Virus record (IMG/VR): IMGVR_UViG_3300009154_000067
Location: 1 to 57,803 of that record
Source: a virus
Lineage: Duplodnaviria; Caudoviricetes
DNA: 57,803 bases
Direction: 5' to 3' (one strand)
In this document: piece by piece, positions 34,287 to 44,669 of the stretch
How positions within the stretch are numbered: position 1 is the first letter of the stretch
Layout: every line of letters begins with the position of its first letter
Made by a program: the position numbers and the translations under genes
The notes under the pieces: model-generated
Told to the model about the DNA's origin: nothing
Seen by the model: the letters and a program-made list of their open reading frames with translations, nothing else
The model's database searches: none

Positions 34287-34489
34287 AGGATGAAACAATG
34301 ATTATGAAAGTTGAGAGCATTGAAGATTTGAACGATGGTTTTTGTCGAGTTACATTTACCATGGATTGGGATACGATGGCTATTTTTACAAGGATTGGCT
34401 TGGAAAATACTTTAATAAAAGCTGCGGAAGAATCAATACAAACTTTTGATGTGACGACTGAGGAAATGGTGGAAAATGAACACAGCTAA
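34283..34489 (+). CDS. Hypothetical protein
   Basis: Overlapping gene chain. Confidence 0.55.
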   Translation: MKDETMIMKVESIEDLNDGFCRVTFTMDWDTMAIFTRIGLENTLIKAAEESIQTFDVTTEEMVENEHS

Positions 34490-35126
34490 AATTATTGCAA
34501 TTACAAATCCACTGATTAAGAACTTGTCTGTCGAAGATTTCATCGCATATGCTGCCAGGGTATCAAACCCATCCAATCAAATGAACACCGAAACGTCAAC
34601 TAAACTTCTCAAGTATTGCATCAAGAACAAGCACTTCTCAATTTTTGAAATGGTTAATGTTGTCATGGAAATCGAGACAACGCGAGATATTGGGCGACAG
34701 ATTTTACGCCATCGCTCATTCTCATTTCAAGAGTTTTCACAACGATATGCCGATCCCACCAAAGCTTTAGGATTTGTGGGCCGCGAAGCAAGACTTCAAG
34801 ACCCCAAGAACCGTCAAAATAGTATTGAGGTGGATGATGATGAATTGTCCATCAAATGGGATAATAAGCAGACTAAATTGATTGAGCATGCATCGGACCT
34901 TTATAACTGGGCGATTCAAAACGGCATCGCCAAGGAACAAGCTAGGGCTGTTCTGCCAGAAGGTCTGACTGTTTCGCGAATGTACATGAACGGCACACTT
35001 CGTAGCTGGATTCATTATATTTCTACTAGAATAGAAATAGGCACTCAAAAAGAGCACAGACTTGTGGCAGAGGCAGCATGGCGAGAGCTAACAAAGTATT
35101 TTTCATTTTTGGTAGAGAATAAGTAG
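34476..35126 (+). CDS. thyX: FAD-dependent thymidylate synthase
   Basis: RHRSFSFQEFSQRY motif. Confidence 0.95.
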   Translation: MNTAKIIAITNPLIKNLSVEDFIAYAARVSNPSNQMNTETSTKLLKYCIKNKHFSIFEMVNVVMEIETTRDIGRQILRHRSFSFQEFSQRYADPTKALGFVGREARLQDPKNRQNSIEVDDDELSIKWDNKQTKLIEHASDLYNWAIQNGIAKEQARAVLPEGLTVSRMYMNGTLRSWIHYISTRIEIGTQKEHRLVAEAAWRELTKYFSFLVENK

Positions 35127-35154
35127 TACCCAATAACAATCAAGAGGTAAGTGA

Positions 35155-36777
35155 ATGACTATTAGAGTAACAAAAAGAAACGGCAAATTGGAACCACTTG
35201 ATTTAAACAAATTTCATCGCGTTGTTTCATGGGCATGCGAAGGTCTTAGCAACGTATCTGCAAGCGAAATTGAAATCAAATCTCAAGTTCAATTTTATGA
35301 TAAAATCAAAACATCAGATATTCATGAAACATTGATTAAAGCCGCTTCAAATCTTATTTCAGAAGACAATCCAAATTATCAGTACGTTGCGAGCAAGCTA
35401 GTAAATTTTGTTTTACGTAAAGAAGTTTATGGGCAACCAAATCTTATCAATCTTTTTGATCATGTGCAGAATGTTATTGATTTGGGATATTACGACAAAG
35501 AAATAATTTTCAATTATACCGTGGATGAATTTGATATTCTGAACAAGTATATCAATCATGACAGAGATTTTAATATTGTCTATGCAGGTATTGAGCAATT
35601 TCGTGGAAAATATCTTATCAAAAATAGAGTCACGGGTCAATTCTACGAAACACCACAAATGGCTTTTATGCTAATTTCGATGACTCTATTCAAGGACTAC
35701 TCAAAAGAAACACGCCTGAAATGGGTAAAGGATTTCTATGATGCAATTTCAAATTTCGACATTTCGTTGCCAACTCCAATCATGGCAGGACTTCGCTCGC
35801 CGCAACGGCAGTTTAGCTCTTGCGTACTTATCGAAACAGACGACTCACTTGACTCAATCAATGCTACCTCTTCTGCTATCGTTAAGTACGTTTCTCAAAA
35901 AGCTGGTATTGGTATCGGTGCCGGTCGTATTCGTGCTATCGGTTCTGCTATTCGCAACGGTGATGCTTCACATACTGGCACGATTCCGTTTTTCAAACAT
36001 TTCCAATCAGCAGTTAAAAGCTGTAGCCAGGGCGGTGTACGCGGAGGCGCAGCTACTTTACATTATCCTATCTGGCATTTGGAAGTAGAAGACCTTCTAG
36101 TTTTAAAAAACAATAAAGGAACTGAAAATAACAGAATTCGCCATCTTGATTATAGCGTTCAATTTAACAAAATTATGTACGAACGTCTATTAACAAATGG
36201 GCATATTACATTATTTTCACCACACGATGTTCCTGAAATGTATGATGCGTTTTTTGTTGACAACGATAAATTTCGTAAGTTGTATGAGGCGGCAGAAGCC
36301 AATCCAAACATACGACAGAAAAAAGTTTCTGCTCTAGAATTATTTTCATCTTTTATTCAAGAAAGAAAAGATACCGGAAGAATTTATTTGATGAATGTGG
36401 ATCATGCCAATGACCATGGATCATTCATCAAAGAACTTGCACCAATTCGAATGAGTAATTTGTGTCTTTCTGGTGATAGCATCGTGACCGTGCAACTTGA
36501 AAATGGTGACATAAAGGATATGATACTTCAGGAGATTGTTGAAAATTCTTCCGAAAATTATAGAATTTTGTCACGTAATATCAAAAATGGTAAAGATGAA
36601 TTTAGAAAAATAACAGAGCGAGCCAAAACTGGCACAAATAGAGAAGTCATCAAAATAACCGATGAATTGGGCAATAGTTTGACATGCACACCAGAACATC
36701 AAATTTATACTAAAAATAGAGGATATGTCGAGGCTAAAGACCTTTTAGAAACCGACTGCCTCCAGTTGGTAAAATGA
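35155..36777 (+). CDS. nrdA: Class Ia ribonucleotide reductase alpha N-extein plus split intein N-part (36463-36774)
   Basis: ATP-cone, PTP..AG.R....FSSC, SQGGVRGG; MSNL|CLSGDS...CTPEHQIYT.NRGY. Confidence 0.93.
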   Translation: MTIRVTKRNGKLEPLDLNKFHRVVSWACEGLSNVSASEIEIKSQVQFYDKIKTSDIHETLIKAASNLISEDNPNYQYVASKLVNFVLRKEVYGQPNLINLFDHVQNVIDLGYYDKEIIFNYTVDEFDILNKYINHDRDFNIVYAGIEQFRGKYLIKNRVTGQFYETPQMAFMLISMTLFKDYSKETRLKWVKDFYDAISNFDISLPTPIMAGLRSPQRQFSSCVLIETDDSLDSINATSSAIVKYVSQKAGIGIGAGRIRAIGSAIRNGDASHTGTIPFFKHFQSAVKSCSQGGVRGGAATLHYPIWHLEVEDLLVLKNNKGTENNRIRHLDYSVQFNKIMYERLLTNGHITLFSPHDVPEMYDAFFVDNDKFRKLYEAAEANPNIRQKKVSALELFSSFIQERKDTGRIYLMNVDHANDHGSFIKELAPIRMSNLCLSGDSIVTVQLENGDIKDMILQEIVENSSENYRILSRNIKNGKDEFRKITERAKTGTNREVIKITDELGNSLTCTPEHQIYTKNRGYVEAKDLLETDCLQLVK

Positions 36778-36784
36778 TTTCTAT

Positions 36785-36821
36785 TATAAATATATTCTGA
36801 AATTAAGATATTTGGAGTATA
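36785..36821 (+). promoter_or_regulatory. Late promoter and RBS-sequestering hairpin of the endonuclease gene
   Basis: TATAAATA; TATATTCTGAA/TTTGGAGTATA stem. Confidence 0.75.
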
Positions 36822-36829
36822 TAAAATAG

Positions 36830-37519
36830 ATGGCTATAGTATATAAAATTACCAATCGTATAAACGGGAAGTCATATATTGGAATGACTTCCCGTTCTTT
36901 GGATGCTAGATTTAATAGTCATTTGGCCGCCGTCCGACAAGGAAGTAAATTTAGATTTCATAGTGCCATCAGAAAATATGGAATAGATTGTTGGGATAAA
37001 TCAATATTAGCTGAATGTGATGATATAAAAAATATCAGGTTAATTGAAGAGCAAATGATAATTGAATATAAAACAATGGACAAATCATTTGGATATAATG
37101 CCAAACCCGGCGGATGTGGTGGCTGGATCGTTTCTGGTGAACATTATGAAAATTGGAGATTAAAGACGGCAGAAAGAAATGTAGGAGAAGGTAACGGCAA
37201 TTTTAATGGATTGACAAACGATCAACTTTTTGATTTGGTTTTAGAAGAATCAATAAAAAATGGAAGAGTTGTTACACATTCTCATATGATAAAAAAATAT
37301 GAGAAATTTCCAAAATCCTTCACCAAATTTAGATTTGGTGGTAAATATAAAAATTTAGCGAATCTTGTTGCAGAACGCCTAAAAATGGTATATAATCCAA
37401 ATTTTAGAACTGAAGAGCATCGACAAAAATTAAAAATAGCTAACACTGGGAAAATTGGTAATAATAAAAATACACATGTAGAAATTAAAAATGGGAAAAG
37501 AAAACATGTTAAAAATTGA
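36830..37519 (+). mobile_element. GIY-YIG homing endonuclease between the nrdA halves
   Basis: AIVYKITN..NGKSYIG, R...H, AIRKYG, E, GYN...GG and NUMOD3-like tail. Confidence 0.9.
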
Positions 37520-38609
37520 ATATTTAAAAGAAAAAATTGACGTATATGATTTGACAGTTGAAGGAAATCACAATTTTTATGCAAATGGAATTTTAGTCCA
37601 CAATTGCCAAGAAATAAATTTGCCCACAAAACCACTAAATCATATTTTTGATGAAAATGGTGAAATTTCACTTTGTACCCTTAGCGCCATCAATTGGGGA
37701 AGAATAAAAAATGTTAGCGATTTTGAGCGTGTTTGTAATCTTGCTGTTCGTGCTCTTGATAGCCTATTGGATTATCAGGATTATCCCATTTTGGCTGCTA
37801 GAAAAAGCACCATGGGTAGGCGCCCCCTTGGCATTGGTATTATTAATTTTGCTTACTGGCTTGCTAAAAATGATTTAACATATCAGAATATTACGCCAGA
37901 AGGTCTTCAAAAAATTCATGAATACGCTGAAGCATGGTCATATTATTTGATTAAGGCTTCAGTCGATCTTGCTAGAGAAAAGGGTGGACCTATTAAAATT
38001 AATGAAACCAAATATAATCAAGCAATATTACCAATCGACACATACAAAAAAGAAGTTGACGAATTGGTAAAGCCAGTGTATCATATGGATTGGGATGCGC
38101 TGCGACAAGAAATGCTTGTGTTTGGAATTCGCAATTCAACACTGATGGCTGGTATGCCTGCTGAAACTTCTGCCCAGGTTTCCAATTCTACCAACGGAAT
38201 TGAGCCTGTGCGTTCCCTAGTAACAATCAAGGGATCAAAAGAAGCTGGATATGTCAAGCAGGTTGTGCCTGAAGTCAGAAAGTTGAAAAACAAATATGAT
38301 CTTCTCTGGGATCAAAAATCGCCAGAAGGATATTTAAAAATTATGGCAGTGTTACAGAAATTCATAGATCAAGGTGTTTCGGTGAACACAAGCTATAATC
38401 CAGAGCATTATCCTATTGATCCAATTACACAAATGCATAAAATTCCAATGTCTGATTTGATTCGACATATCGTTATTTCATATAAATGGGGAATTAAACA
38501 ATTATATTATTTTAATACTTTTGATGGTGCTGGGGAAGAAGCGAGTCCACATCTAGAACTGGAACGAATAAATCAAGATGATGAAGATTGTTTATCTTGT
38601 AAAATTTGA
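37506..38609 (+). CDS. nrdA: Split intein C-part (33 aa) plus NrdA C-extein
   Basis: MLKIEY...VYDLTVEGNHNFYANGILVHN|CQEINLP; LCTL, MP.ETS, NGIEP, LYY and C-terminal CxxC. Confidence 0.93.
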   Translation: MLKIEYLKEKIDVYDLTVEGNHNFYANGILVHNCQEINLPTKPLNHIFDENGEISLCTLSAINWGRIKNVSDFERVCNLAVRALDSLLDYQDYPILAARKSTMGRRPLGIGIINFAYWLAKNDLTYQNITPEGLQKIHEYAEAWSYYLIKASVDLAREKGGPIKINETKYNQAILPIDTYKKEVDELVKPVYHMDWDALRQEMLVFGIRNSTLMAGMPAETSAQVSNSTNGIEPVRSLVTIKGSKEAGYVKQVVPEVRKLKNKYDLLWDQKSPEGYLKIMAVLQKFIDQGVSVNTSYNPEHYPIDPITQMHKIPMSDLIRHIVISYKWGIKQLYYFNTFDGAGEEASPHLELERINQDDEDCLSCKI

Positions 38610-38618
38610 GGACTGATA

Positions 38619-38810
38619 ATGACAGAAGAATATATGCGTGGATACGCTGAAGGTTTTGAAAAGGGCTATGCAACAGCCATAGCCAGCGAACCACCACCAG
38701 AACAAATGCTAGCGCCTATCATCAAGCTATGCCCCGTGTGTGGCTTGATAGAGGGCGAAACGTGCTATATGACTACCCCATGCTATTACGGAGCTAATAA
38801 AAATAGATGA
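38619..38810 (+). CDS. Hypothetical protein with CxxC
   Basis: GAGGA RBS; lies between nrdA and nrdB. Confidence 0.65.
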   Translation: MTEEYMRGYAEGFEKGYATAIASEPPPEQMLAPIIKLCPVCGLIEGETCYMTTPCYYGANKNR

Positions 38811-39880
38811 GTACAGTTTTTAATATTTCCAACAAAAATCATATGCAACATACTTTATTTTTTGATGATAATCTTTCAATTGCACGATTTGATGTTGTCA
38901 AGTATCCTTTTCTAGAAAAGCTTACTGAAAAACAAATGGGATTTTTCTGGCAACCTACCGAAGTGGATTTGACTCGCGATAAAAAAGACTTCAATGCTCT
39001 TTCTGCTCACGAACAGCATATTTTCACATCCAACATTAAGCGCCAGATTGTCCTAGACAGCGTACAGGGTCGTGCTCCGACTGCTGCATTTGCCCCAATC
39101 GCATCACTTCCAGAATTAGAAAATTGGATCATCGCCTGGGCATTCTCGGAGACGATTCATTCACGTTCTTATACCCATGTCATTAGAAATGTCTATGCAA
39201 ATCCATCTGTAGTTTTTGATGGTATCCTTGACATTCCAGAAATTATGCAATGCGCGGGCGATATCAGCGAATATTATGATAATTTGATTATTATGAATAA
39301 TATACAATATTACGATTATGAACACATGAAAGCCCTTTGGCTAGCTCTCATGTCAGTCAATATCCTTGAAGGCATTCGATTTTATGCATCTTTTGCATGT
39401 TCATGGGCATTTGCAGAGTTGAAAAAAATGGAAGGAAATGCTAAGATCATCAAGTTGATCGCAAGGGATGAGAATCTCCATCTTGCCGGCACGCAGCAGC
39501 TTCTGAAAATCCTTCCACAAGATGATCCAAATTTTGTTAAGATTAGAGACGAAACCAGAGAACAATGCATCAATCTATACATCTCGGCATGTGACCAAGA
39601 AAAAGCCTGGGCTAAATATTTGTTTAAGAATGGATCGGTTATTGGTCTAAATGAGGAACTTCTTTGCTCATATGTGGAATGGATCACAAATAAAAGACTT
39701 CAAGCCGTAGGATTTCCTTCTCAATATAAAGTTACTTCAAATCCGTTGCCATGGACTCAAAAATGGATTAGTGGTGGGGACGTTCAGGTAGCACCTCAAG
39801 AAACAGAGATTTCTAGTTATATTGTTGGCGGCATCAATAATGATGTATCAATAAATATACTTCAATCGATGAGTTTATAA
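38807..39880 (+). CDS. nrdB: Ribonucleotide reductase beta subunit
   Basis: FFW.P.EV, LDSVQGR, ETIHSRSY, EGIRFY.SF, DE.LH and APQE.EI..Y motifs. Confidence 0.95.
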   Translation: MSTVFNISNKNHMQHTLFFDDNLSIARFDVVKYPFLEKLTEKQMGFFWQPTEVDLTRDKKDFNALSAHEQHIFTSNIKRQIVLDSVQGRAPTAAFAPIASLPELENWIIAWAFSETIHSRSYTHVIRNVYANPSVVFDGILDIPEIMQCAGDISEYYDNLIIMNNIQYYDYEHMKALWLALMSVNILEGIRFYASFACSWAFAELKKMEGNAKIIKLIARDENLHLAGTQQLLKILPQDDPNFVKIRDETREQCINLYISACDQEKAWAKYLFKNGSVIGLNEELLCSYVEWITNKRLQAVGFPSQYKVTSNPLPWTQKWISGGDVQVAPQETEISSYIVGGINNDVSINILQSMSL

Positions 39881-39894
39881 AAAAAGGAACGAAA

Positions 39895-40995
39895 ATGACA
39901 AAAAGACTTAAAGAAATTACAAATTTAAAAAAAGATACAAAAAAAGATAATTCGATTAAGCCTTCTGTTTTTCCGGCAGAGTTTCAGGGCGGCATTGCTC
40001 CATTACCTATTGCGTTCAATGATGGACAACATCACCAAAAAAAACGTAGAAAAAACATCAAAGAAGATAGTGATTCACCAAAAGTAGTTCTACACGCACC
40101 AGCACAGTCACTTAGTGGATGGTTAAATCACAATGATAATCATCATCTTGGCGATAATAATTATGATATCAATGATAAATTACAGCAAACTTCAAAAAGA
40201 GAAAATTTAACTCAAGAACATTTTGATGCCGCAAGAGATTATACAGGCGGATCAAGTGATTTAAATCGTAATTTAATTGATTCTCATAAAAATGGCGAAA
40301 AAATTAATAAATTTCATGAAAATACCATAAATGCTATGGATTCCCTTACCAGACAACCAATTGGCCATTCGCTACATGTGTATTCTGGTATTGGCTTTGA
40401 TCCCAGAAATCACGTAGGTTCAAACGGACATTTACATCTTCCCGCATTTACATCAGCTACTCATAATAAATATATTGCTCAAAGTTTTTCGAAAACTTCA
40501 TATCCCGGTTCTGATTATGATATTAAACCAAACGAATCACATTCTATTCATATCGAATTACATCCACATGATCATGCTGCACACGTTTCGCACATTTCAA
40601 GTTTTCCTAATGAGCAAGAAACCATGCTCCCGAGAGGGACTACATTAAAAGTCAGAAAAACTCCAACTATTTTTAGAGACGTATATGGAAATAAAGGTCG
40701 GACACATTATGTTTGGCATGCGACTGTAGTACATCAGCAAGATAACCCGGAATTGGATGCAGCAAATGCAAAAAAAGAAAAAGAAACAGCGGCAAAAAAA
40801 CTAATTGCAATGCAAAAAGCGCGAATTCTAGCACAACATGCTTTAAAATTCAAACAAGAACATGGTCGTTTGCCTGATATCAATTCCGCAGACCCATGGG
40901 AAAAAAGCATGGCTAAAGGCGTTAAACATTTTGCCAGTAAAGTAGGTGAAAATCAACAAAAAAAGCTTGACAAACCATCAGAAAGTGAAGTATAA
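39895..40995 (+). CDS. ADP-ribosyltransferase (VIP2/Alt-like) domain protein
   Basis: YT..S..LN..L, VYSG, FTSAT and EQE.MLPRG motifs. Confidence 0.75.
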   Translation: MTKRLKEITNLKKDTKKDNSIKPSVFPAEFQGGIAPLPIAFNDGQHHQKKRRKNIKEDSDSPKVVLHAPAQSLSGWLNHNDNHHLGDNNYDINDKLQQTSKRENLTQEHFDAARDYTGGSSDLNRNLIDSHKNGEKINKFHENTINAMDSLTRQPIGHSLHVYSGIGFDPRNHVGSNGHLHLPAFTSATHNKYIAQSFSKTSYPGSDYDIKPNESHSIHIELHPHDHAAHVSHISSFPNEQETMLPRGTTLKVRKTPTIFRDVYGNKGRTHYVWHATVVHQQDNPELDAANAKKEKETAAKKLIAMQKARILAQHALKFKQEHGRLPDINSADPWEKSMAKGVKHFASKVGENQQKKLDKPSESEV

Positions 40996-41846
40996 TGGTC
41001 AAACGATTAAAAGAAATAGTTCCTAAAAAAAGACTTTTCACTTCTTCTTATCCACCACCAGAATTAAAGGCTGGTATAATTCCAGAACCCATTGAATTTC
41101 GTGGAGGCAACAGAAAATATGTTTCTAGAAATTCGGGCGTAGCTCCTTTTGCCATAAATTTTCGTGATGGCAGAAGAGGGCAAAATATAAAAGAAGAAAA
41201 TGATGAAAAATCATTTCATGATTGGCTAAATCAAAAATCAAACACTCATATTGAACCCGGCACAAATGGCGCAGACAATGCACATAATGTAAGTGATGAA
41301 TTGATCAAATCCAGTCCAAATTTAAATGATCATGAAACTTATGCCATTAAATATTATAGTGCCGGATCAGGACCACTCAATCAAGAATTACTTGACCATC
41401 ATAATGGAAAAATTGATAAAATAAGTTCAAAGCATGAAGAATTAGCTAGACATATTCATACTGCAACCAGCCATCCAATTGGACATGAATTGGATACATA
41501 TTCTGGTCTTGGGTTTGACCCCAGAAATCATGTAGGTACAAGTGGGCATTTATATTCGCCTTGCCCAATATCAACGTCTAATAGCAAAAGTGTTGCACAT
41601 GGGTTCACGAGTAGTAGTATTTCTGGTACTGACATTAAACCAAAAGAAAGACACATATTGCATGTTCATTTACAACCGCACGATCATGCGCTACATATAG
41701 AACATTTGACATATAATCCAGGCGAATATGAAACTATGATACCACCAAAAACAACACTTCATATACATCATACGCCAACAATTTTACACCACAAAAATGG
41801 TGATAAAATACATATCTGGCATGCAACAATCGCACATCAACAATAG
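40995..41846 (+). CDS. ADP-ribosyltransferase domain protein (paralogue)
   Basis: YS..S..LN..L, TYSG, ISTS and EYE.MIPP; shares leader with the upstream gene. Confidence 0.75.
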   Translation: MVKRLKEIVPKKRLFTSSYPPPELKAGIIPEPIEFRGGNRKYVSRNSGVAPFAINFRDGRRGQNIKEENDEKSFHDWLNQKSNTHIEPGTNGADNAHNVSDELIKSSPNLNDHETYAIKYYSAGSGPLNQELLDHHNGKIDKISSKHEELARHIHTATSHPIGHELDTYSGLGFDPRNHVGTSGHLYSPCPISTSNSKSVAHGFTSSSISGTDIKPKERHILHVHLQPHDHALHIEHLTYNPGEYETMIPPKTTLHIHHTPTILHHKNGDKIHIWHATIAHQQ

Positions 41847-41857
41847 GAGAATTAAAT

Positions 41858-42112
41858 ATGGGTTGGTCAAGTGGATCGGGACTTTTTGCTGAAATTGCAG
41901 CATTGATTGTAAATCATGTTGACAGTGAAGAAACTCGTGCTATCTTATACGAAGGTATAGTTGAACATTTTGAAGAGCGTGATTGTGATACATTGTCCGA
42001 ATGTACAGGTATCGATGATGTTCTAGATGAAATTTTGATTGAAAAATATGATTTAGAATTGCGTGTAAATGGCGACGAAAAATGGCCTTATGAGCACGAA
42101 GATGATGAATAA
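41858..42112 (+). CDS. Acidic hypothetical protein
   Basis: MGWSSGS.LF...FE..DCDTL.EC motif. Confidence 0.75.
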   Translation: MGWSSGSGLFAEIAALIVNHVDSEETRAILYEGIVEHFEERDCDTLSECTGIDDVLDEILIEKYDLELRVNGDEKWPYEHEDDE

Positions 42113-42158
42113 AATTTAAGTCCACTAAATACTAGGATATCATAATGGAGTTCCTAGT

Positions 42159-42566
42159 ATGTGGATTTATAATGAAAAAGATGTTGACGAAGCTATTTTA
42201 GTGGATTACATTGGCTTCGTCTATCAAATAACCAATTTGACTAATAATAAAAAATATATTGGAAAAAAACTGCTAAAAAGCAGACGAACCAAAATTATCG
42301 CAGGAAAAAAGAAAAAAGTTTCAGTTGATTCCGATTGGAAAAAATATTGGGGATCAAATAAATTTCTTCAAGAAGATGTGAAATCTCTTGGAGAAGAAAA
42401 TTTCAAAAGAGAAATATTACGTCTTTGTAAATCAAAAAGCGAGGCGAATTATTTTGAGGGCCATTATCAATTTGCAAATGGCGTACTTCTCAGCGATAAT
42501 TTTTATAATCAATGGATAATTTTGAAAGTAACTTCTGCTCACCTTAAAAATGTGTTGACAGAATAA
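42159..42566 (+). CDS. Small GIY-YIG nuclease
   Basis: GFVY.ITN..N.KKYIGKK, SDW..YWGS and FYN motifs; upstream ATACTAGGA/TCCTAGTAT hairpin. Confidence 0.8.
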   Translation: MWIYNEKDVDEAILVDYIGFVYQITNLTNNKKYIGKKLLKSRRTKIIAGKKKKVSVDSDWKKYWGSNKFLQEDVKSLGEENFKREILRLCKSKSEANYFEGHYQFANGVLLSDNFYNQWIILKVTSAHLKNVLTE

Positions 42567-42616
42567 AATTCATGTGATAGGGTACAATCCTACAGCCAAC
42601 GAAAGAAATCAGTATT

Positions 42617-43081
42617 ATGTCATTCGACATTGATAAAATAAGAGAATACGTTTCATCTTCTTCTGAAAATTCCAAAATTTATATCGGTGTTGATTCGGAA
42701 CGTTTTAAAGTTCGTGGTCAATGGTATGCTGATTATGCAGTTGTTGTAGTTGTACATATTAATGGAAAACATGGATGTAAAGTTTTTGGTGAAGTCACAA
42801 GAGAACGTGATTATGATCAAAAACCAAATCGTCCTGCAATCCGACTGATGAACGAAGTAATGAAACTTGCTGAATTTTATCAGAGATTTGAGGATGTTAT
42901 CGGAACTCGCTATTGCGAGCTTCACCTAGATATCAATCCAGACGACAGACATGGTTCTTCTTGTGTTGTTCAGCAAGCTGTTGGCTACATTCGAGGTGTC
43001 TGTAATATAGTTCCTAAATTAAAACCATATGGATTTGCGGCTTCGATATGTGCAGATCGTTTCAAAGAGCTTGCTGCATAG
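42617..43081 (+). CDS. RNase H-like YkuK family protein
   Basis: IYIGVDS, RL..EV, ELHLDIN and KP...AAS..AD motifs. Confidence 0.8.
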   Translation: MSFDIDKIREYVSSSSENSKIYIGVDSERFKVRGQWYADYAVVVVVHINGKHGCKVFGEVTRERDYDQKPNRPAIRLMNEVMKLAEFYQRFEDVIGTRYCELHLDINPDDRHGSSCVVQQAVGYIRGVCNIVPKLKPYGFAASICADRFKELAA

Positions 43082-43194
43082 CAACAATGCGTTTTCCTAT
43101 ATACAAAGACGCATTGCTATGATATAAGCAAGTCTCGCATCGTGCGAGAAAGTAGGTCCAATTCCTGCTGAGTCCAATATAGGAGAAACAGACG

Positions 43195-43689
43195 TTGAGA
43201 AAGCGCATTTATGTTGTGCTTTTGAGTTTGGGAATTTTACTACACTCTGCTCCCGCAACTTTTTCAAGCGGTAGCGAATCAAACTTCAGTCAAATCGATA
43301 TCACAAACGGCATCGAAACTGAGCAGCCAGAAATTGCTCTGGCATTTTTACATATTCCCAATCTTGAAAATACAAACAAAGTCACCGCTATCAGGGACGT
43401 TGTTCGTTCATATACAGCAACAGCATCTTGGTACAAACATGGAACCCGAACCGCAAATGGAGAAAGGTTCAATCCACAGGAATTTACAGTAGCTCATAAA
43501 AATCTTCCATTCGGTACAATGGTTAGATTCACAAATCCAGAAAATGGAAATGCGGTTTTAGCCAGAGTAAACGACAGGGGACCGTATATCAGGAATAGAG
43601 AATTTGATCTATCTCTCAGATGTGCAGAGCTTCTAGGAATGACTGAACGTGGTGTCACAAGATTATTTGTGGAGATACTTCAAAATTGA
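43195..43689 (+). CDS. rlpA: RlpA-like lytic transglycosylase
   Basis: Signal peptide; ASWY..G..TANGE, AHK.LPFGT and VNDRGPY...R..DLS motifs. Confidence 0.9.
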   Translation: MRKRIYVVLLSLGILLHSAPATFSSGSESNFSQIDITNGIETEQPEIALAFLHIPNLENTNKVTAIRDVVRSYTATASWYKHGTRTANGERFNPQEFTVAHKNLPFGTMVRFTNPENGNAVLARVNDRGPYIRNREFDLSLRCAELLGMTERGVTRLFVEILQN

Positions 43690-44114
43690 AAATTTATAAT
43701 TATATAACGGAGTTAATGAAAAAAATGAATGAAACCGTAAATCGCAAGGGTCCAAAGACTGGTCATATCGAACAAAAGATTCAGCTTGCTCTTGTAGAAT
43801 TTAAGCGTAGGCTTGACACCGAATATAACAAGCCACAAGTTGCTACTTTTGATCCCTACACTCTATCGGACACAAATCCTAGTCATATAGCCTCTCTAGG
43901 CTTTGATGAGCGGCTGTTCTTGGTAGAGGGTAATATCAGCCTAGTACCTCTAGTTGAGGGCCATTCAGGCGCCGTTTCCGATCAGCGCAGGCTGGTATGG
44001 GCGGAAGACGATAATAGTGCAGTGGCAAAATTTGTTGCATATTTTGGTGGTATGAATGACCATGAGAATAAATATGTGGTGAATGGAGTTTCTGTTACTG
44101 AGGCGATTCGTTAA
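43686..44114 (+). CDS. Hypothetical protein
   Basis: Gene chain; start uncertain. Confidence 0.65.
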   Translation: MKIYNYITELMKKMNETVNRKGPKTGHIEQKIQLALVEFKRRLDTEYNKPQVATFDPYTLSDTNPSHIASLGFDERLFLVEGNISLVPLVEGHSGAVSDQRRLVWAEDDNSAVAKFVAYFGGMNDHENKYVVNGVSVTEAIR

Positions 44115-44371
44115 TGATCGTTGAAATTTATACCAAGGATGATTGTCCATATTGTTTTCAGGCAAAACGTTTTCTGTCACAGAACAACATTCAATTTACT
44201 GAAAAAAAATTGAATGTTGATTTTACCCGAGAATTTCTAACAGAAAAATATGCGACTGCTCGCTCATATCCAGTTATTGTGGTTGACGGATTTTACGTTG
44301 GGGGATATACTCAACTTAAGACATTGGTTGAGCAGAACAACATGACCACTAAAATTCTTTTAAATGAGTGA
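44114..44371 (+). CDS. Glutaredoxin
   Basis: CPYC and P.I.VDG..VGGY motifs. Confidence 0.92.
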   Translation: MIVEIYTKDDCPYCFQAKRFLSQNNIQFTEKKLNVDFTREFLTEKYATARSYPVIVVDGFYVGGYTQLKTLVEQNNMTTKILLNE

Positions 44372-44658
44372 TTGAAATGGCTCAAAGACCAAATGCGTAT
44401 AATCGTGATGCAATTCTAAAAGATTTGCGGGTCCACGTAGTAGAACTCACTATCCACACTGAAAATGGATTTAAGATTTTTCATCTTTGTCTAAAACCAG
44501 AATATCTCCCAGAATCTTATATGCGAGATATGCAAGACGAAATTCGGTTTCATGAACATAATGTTGATGTTATTAATGCATGGAACGTAAAAGAACATCG
44601 ATGGCAGGCTTTAACCATCGATCAAATTCACTATTGTCAAGTTATTGATGCGTACTAA
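44368..44658 (+). CDS. Hypothetical protein (SH3/WYL-like)
   Basis: L..EYLP...AW.V....W pattern. Confidence 0.6.
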   Translation: MIEMAQRPNAYNRDAILKDLRVHVVELTIHTENGFKIFHLCLKPEYLPESYMRDMQDEIRFHEHNVDVINAWNVKEHRWQALTIDQIHYCQVIDAY

Positions 44659-44669
44659 AGGAGAATATT

